This document shows, piece by piece, positions 59,754 to 64,000 of a stretch of 64,000 nt of DNA. Source of the DNA: Amphiscolops sp. MND2022 (Eukaryota). Position 1 is the first letter of the stretch. Each line of letters opens with the position of its first letter. The DNA lies in assembly GCA_964187785.1 (NCBI GenBank), contig OZ076409.1:93560001-93624000 (forward strand), written 5' to 3'. The notes below the pieces were generated by a model. It was not told the DNA's origin. It was given only the letters and a program-made list of their open reading frames with translations, and searched no databases. The translations under genes and the position numbers were made by a program.

Positions 59754-62700
59754 TACCCTGTGGTAAAAATATATATTTACATCAAAACTCGTGTAAAAAA
59801 TTTCCTTCGAATCGTATGGACAGTTTTTGAGAAAACAGAAAATTCTTCAAAATGGCTATTTTTGGTCTTTTTTTGGCTAATTTCGGCTACGTTTCTCAGA
59901 TACCAGTCATACGATTTTGATGCCATTGCGCACGCAGGAGCACCTTTGGGTGTAGAATGACTGCAAAATTTTATGCAAGTCGTATGGGCAGTTGGACTGT
60001 TTTTGAGAAATTTGAAATTTTAATTGAAAGGTCGTGAGAAAAACGTCACGATTGCATAAGTATCGAAAATTTTTTCTCACTCCTAAAAACGCTGTTTTTT
60101 AAAACCAAAAATTCAACAGGCTAGAGACCGGTAGATTCAAGGTACATCGGTGATTGACGGTCAAAAAATAAAAATAACTTATTCACTAGCCACATGTTAT
60201 CACCCATTGTAAATTATAACTGAATTTCAACCATTAGTTTGCGTTGCAGTCATTCAAAGAATGTCATTTATAATGTACTTGTTGAACTGAGAGCATCGAT
60301 TGAACGTATGGCTGCATTGATAATGGAATGGGAACCCATCTTTGCTTTTTGAGCAGTTATCAAGAGATGGTGTGGTCATTTAAAAGGGAAAAGTCAGCTC
60401 GATTTTGACATTTCTCTTCCTAAAAATGGATCGAAGAATTCTCATAAGAACTGGAATTTGGTTAAACTTAAGATTTTTACCATTATGACTTTCATCAAGA
60501 ATACCTTATTCTATCGCTAACTGGGTTGAAATAAATCAAATGTCAATCAAGGCAAAGTTTTTCACTTGTGAGATTTTTTAAAAAAATGCATTTTAGATGG
60601 CAATATTAGGTGACTCACAAAAAAAACATGTATTAATTTTTGCCCAAATTCTGACGCAAAATTGAGTCAATAAACCATTGAAATACGCCTCAGAACTAAA
60701 AGTGAGTGTGGAACGCTTTTTCAAAATGCCTTTGATCGGAAAAAAGTTGGTTTTGGATGATGACTTCTTTATTAAAGTTCAAAATACGAAACAAATCTGT
60801 CTGTGTTGTTCTGAATGATTGACAAGTGAAAAACTGAAGTGAGAAAACTTGTTTACAAACTTGCAAAATTGTTACATGTACATCTTTTGCGGGCACTTTA
60901 GAAATAATTTCAAAGTAATATTTCAACGTTACAACATTTTCATTTACCCAAAAATTCTTATTGATAAAAGTCCGAAAAGACAACTGTTGTTCTCTGCAAT
61001 TGTAAGAGAGAGAGATAGCGAGGTATCTAAAGCGTCCAAGTAACACCAAGCTATAAAATGAGTTGTCTCTATTTAGCGGAGCCTACCTAGCTGACCAACT
61101 GTGTATCCCACAAACAGATCGCCACCAGACTGTAATGTTAAATGGGGGCGATAGAGTTGATAGAGTTCATATACAAGTACCTCTACCTCCCCTCTTTACG
61201 AACCTTTGTGGGTTCCAGGTCTCAGGGAGGAAATGGACCTTTTAATGGACCTGATGATTCTGTACTACGTCGGAGTTTTTCCTGTAACAATCTAATATGA
61301 TTACCTTTTGTTACCTAAAGCGAAGAGTAGGTACCGTATTTTACAACGGGAACTCTAATTCGATCAGATTTTCTAAACCCTCCATTTGATCATGTGGCGG
61401 TGATAATGGCATAACTTCTGTCACACCGGCCTCCATCGTCGATGGTGTGAGATCAAGTGCTTGTTTTACCGGGCATGCCGGTTTTCTCTTGGGTGCACAG
61501 TTTTGGTAATTATCGAAGCTCCCACTTCCTTCCACTTCTGTTTCATAGAGATGAATGAGTTTTTGGGTATTTTGCGTTGGGAAAACAGGTGTCTGTGGCT
61601 CAAAAATCTTTGGTTTAAATACTACTTTATCACGTAGCAATTTTCCGCTTTCCATCAAAAAGGTGTAACCACATACAATTTTGATGGAATGTTTTTTGTG
61701 TAGCCCTCGCTGCTGTGTTTTGATTTTGATTCCTTTCGTGACACCAGTAATGTAACTTAATGAAGGGTGTGGGTAGACATTTGGGGCTCTTGTTGCGCCT
61801 AGCCACGGTTGCACTCTTCTTTGACTTTACCGGAAGCGGTATGTAAGTTTAGCACTTTTACGTTTTGCAGTCAGATGAATTTAAATTTTTAGGTTCTTAC
61901 CTTATCGAAGATCCAACGATCTATGTCTTTAACGTCGTCCCGATGTTGTACTGGTGGTCAGTATGCCTGTACCTGGTTTTTTTGAACTCCTTGTTTGCAT
62001 TAAGCCATTATTTTTGTCTGTTTTCCAATCCTGCAGATAGCCAGGAGAGCATCCCCAGAAGCGATGACACCGACTTCCATCGTGAATCTCCTGGAGGACG
62101 ATGATGGTCCACATACGCCTGAAGGTGGACCACCCCGGAGAATACCGTAGAAATCCAATGAAGAAGTACAGAACGGAGCGCGTCGTTATCCGAAAGGGAA
62201 GATAACGGGCGTAATCAAGTGAAGGCACTGCACAACTCAGTTTCACCCCACCTGCCTATTACGAAGAAGCTCGGGCAAACTATCAAAACAATCAATCCTT
62301 AGCGTTATGTTGTCTCGACAAAAAAATTTGCAATTTCAGTTATTGTTATAGTTAGACGCTCAGTGCTTTTAAATGGTGCTACTGGAGCATTTTCTAGTTG
62401 TTATTGTTGCTGATGTAAAACAAAACCAAGAGAAACAAAGAAAGAAATGAAATGAAACCAAGATAACATCAATTAAACTTCCTAATTTTTTTCTTGAGTA
62501 ACAGGTTGAGGCTGCAAATTAGTCTCGCAAAAGATATTTTACTCCAAGAAGTTAAACTGTTTTACCGGCAACTGCTCTAAAGAAAAACTTCCCTTAGCCG
62601 AGCAGTTCCTGAGCTTCAAAAAAGATGTTTGAATAGTGTCGTGTGTCAATCGAAAAGAGACTTTTTAATGAACCACAGACATTAAAGAAATTTTCAGTGG

Positions 62701-62950
62701 CAGACCGAAACAAAATTTTACTCGCCTATCGTGCTCAATACTTGCCTATCGTGCTAACGATAGGCAAAATCAAATCATCAAAAGTAAAGGAACTGACTTT
62801 TGTCCCTTTATTGGTCGAATCCGGCGAGGATTGCAACATGGCAACCAAGCAATGGAGATGTCTATGCGATGTTGATGTTGACGATGTGGTCCCTCGCTCC
62901 TCCTAGCTACCCACTTGACGGGGACGTCAAGCATTAATCCCGGGGAGTGA

Positions 62951-63670
62951 TGTAACGATCACCTAGCATCGACAACATGAGCATTTGAATTCTGAAATAT
63001 TCGTTGAAGGAAATAGCAAGGAGCTTGAATTTGGCGATTTTGATGATATTGCTCTGAGGGTGTCCGTGTCTTTAAAAAGACTTGCCAGCCAAATCAAAGA
63101 GGCCCTGAACGATAGAGAGCCAAAAGAGACCCGAAAATAGCACGAATGAAAAGACTGCAAACCGAGAGAGTGTGAAAACGGACTCAAATTCGTCAATCAC
63201 ACGGACTTTTACTTTGACTGGCGCTTTCATTAGCATGTTGCTAACAATTGTTGCAATTTCTTGAAATGCGTCTTAAAATTGCTTTAACAGGCATCCGTGC
63301 TTGTGCCCTGTCAAATTGTTGCCTTGCCATGCTGATTGTGCAATAAAATGGTAATTATCTAGATGATTAAGCTCGTGAGCTACTTTTTCACCATGACCTC
63401 TGATGCTGAAATTCATCTTTGCCACCACCGGCATTTTTAAAGGCTATCTGAGTGGTAGTTTTGATAGAATAGCGTGATTCACGCTACGGATAGCAATTAA
63501 AGACTGGACAAGTTCGACGAGTACTCCACAGGAGACCAAATCCTCCTCTGACTGGACAACTTTTACCCGAAGGAGGCAAAATGAATCTATGGCTATTGGC
63601 AAATACCCATGTCATAGGTTCCTCCATCTCTTTGACGGAGCAGCAACAATGGTGAGAGCTTGTCGTTACA
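62951..63670 (+). repeat. 3' LTR (720 bp) of a 5'-truncated LTR element, second family
   Basis: Preceded by PPT GGGGAGTGA; TGTAACGA...TCGTTACA; homologous to 19029-19765. Confidence 0.88.
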
Positions 63671-64000
63671 AAAACAATGTTTGTTCTTTTATCTTGTTTT
63701 TCCATGCCCAAAAAGAACTTCTCAGTATTTTGAAGTGGTATCTTTGGGAAAACATATTTTGCGAACATTGAAAAAAGACAAACGTAGGATATGTTTTTGA
63801 TCTCCGTTTTTGCTAAAGTTAAATAGTCTTCCTCATTTCAATCCATTTTTCTAACTTTTTCAGTGATACTAGTTCAATGTCGGTTTTGAAAGTTTGGTGG
63901 AATTATTGTTTGTTAGCGCATTTACTTTGTCTTCAAAATAGTGTGTTTTTGTCACTTGTAAACGGTAACCGGCATTTCACAGTTTTTTTATTTTCCGTTT

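Overview
AT-rich, repeat-dense eukaryotic (animal-like) DNA with no host gene I can support. It is made almost entirely of nested transposable elements. (1) A large Ty3/Gypsy LTR retrotransposon on the minus strand (1-13784; 3' LTR outside the window) has a ~3 kb leader and one ~3200-aa Gag-Pol frame broken by a single TAG. The polyprotein has an apparently duplicated protease and a dUTPase-like fold, and its integrase tail carries AT-hooks, a Cys cluster and two tandem TARG1/Poa1p-like macrodomains. (2) A 5.5 kb non-coding partner element (36747-42223) has identical LTRs and shares the U5, PBS and leader of element 1 in mosaic fashion. (3) Several solo or partial TGTAAC...GTTACA LTRs are present; all three such insertions with both flanks visible have 3-bp target-site duplications. 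(4) A decayed Ty1/Copia element is nested in an older Gypsy relic. (5) A recent ~3 kb tandem duplication, CACTA/EnSpm-like MITEs, Helentron-type (DINE-1/HINE-like) elements and several near-perfect palindromes fill the rest. All domain calls are by-eye motif recognition; no searches were run.
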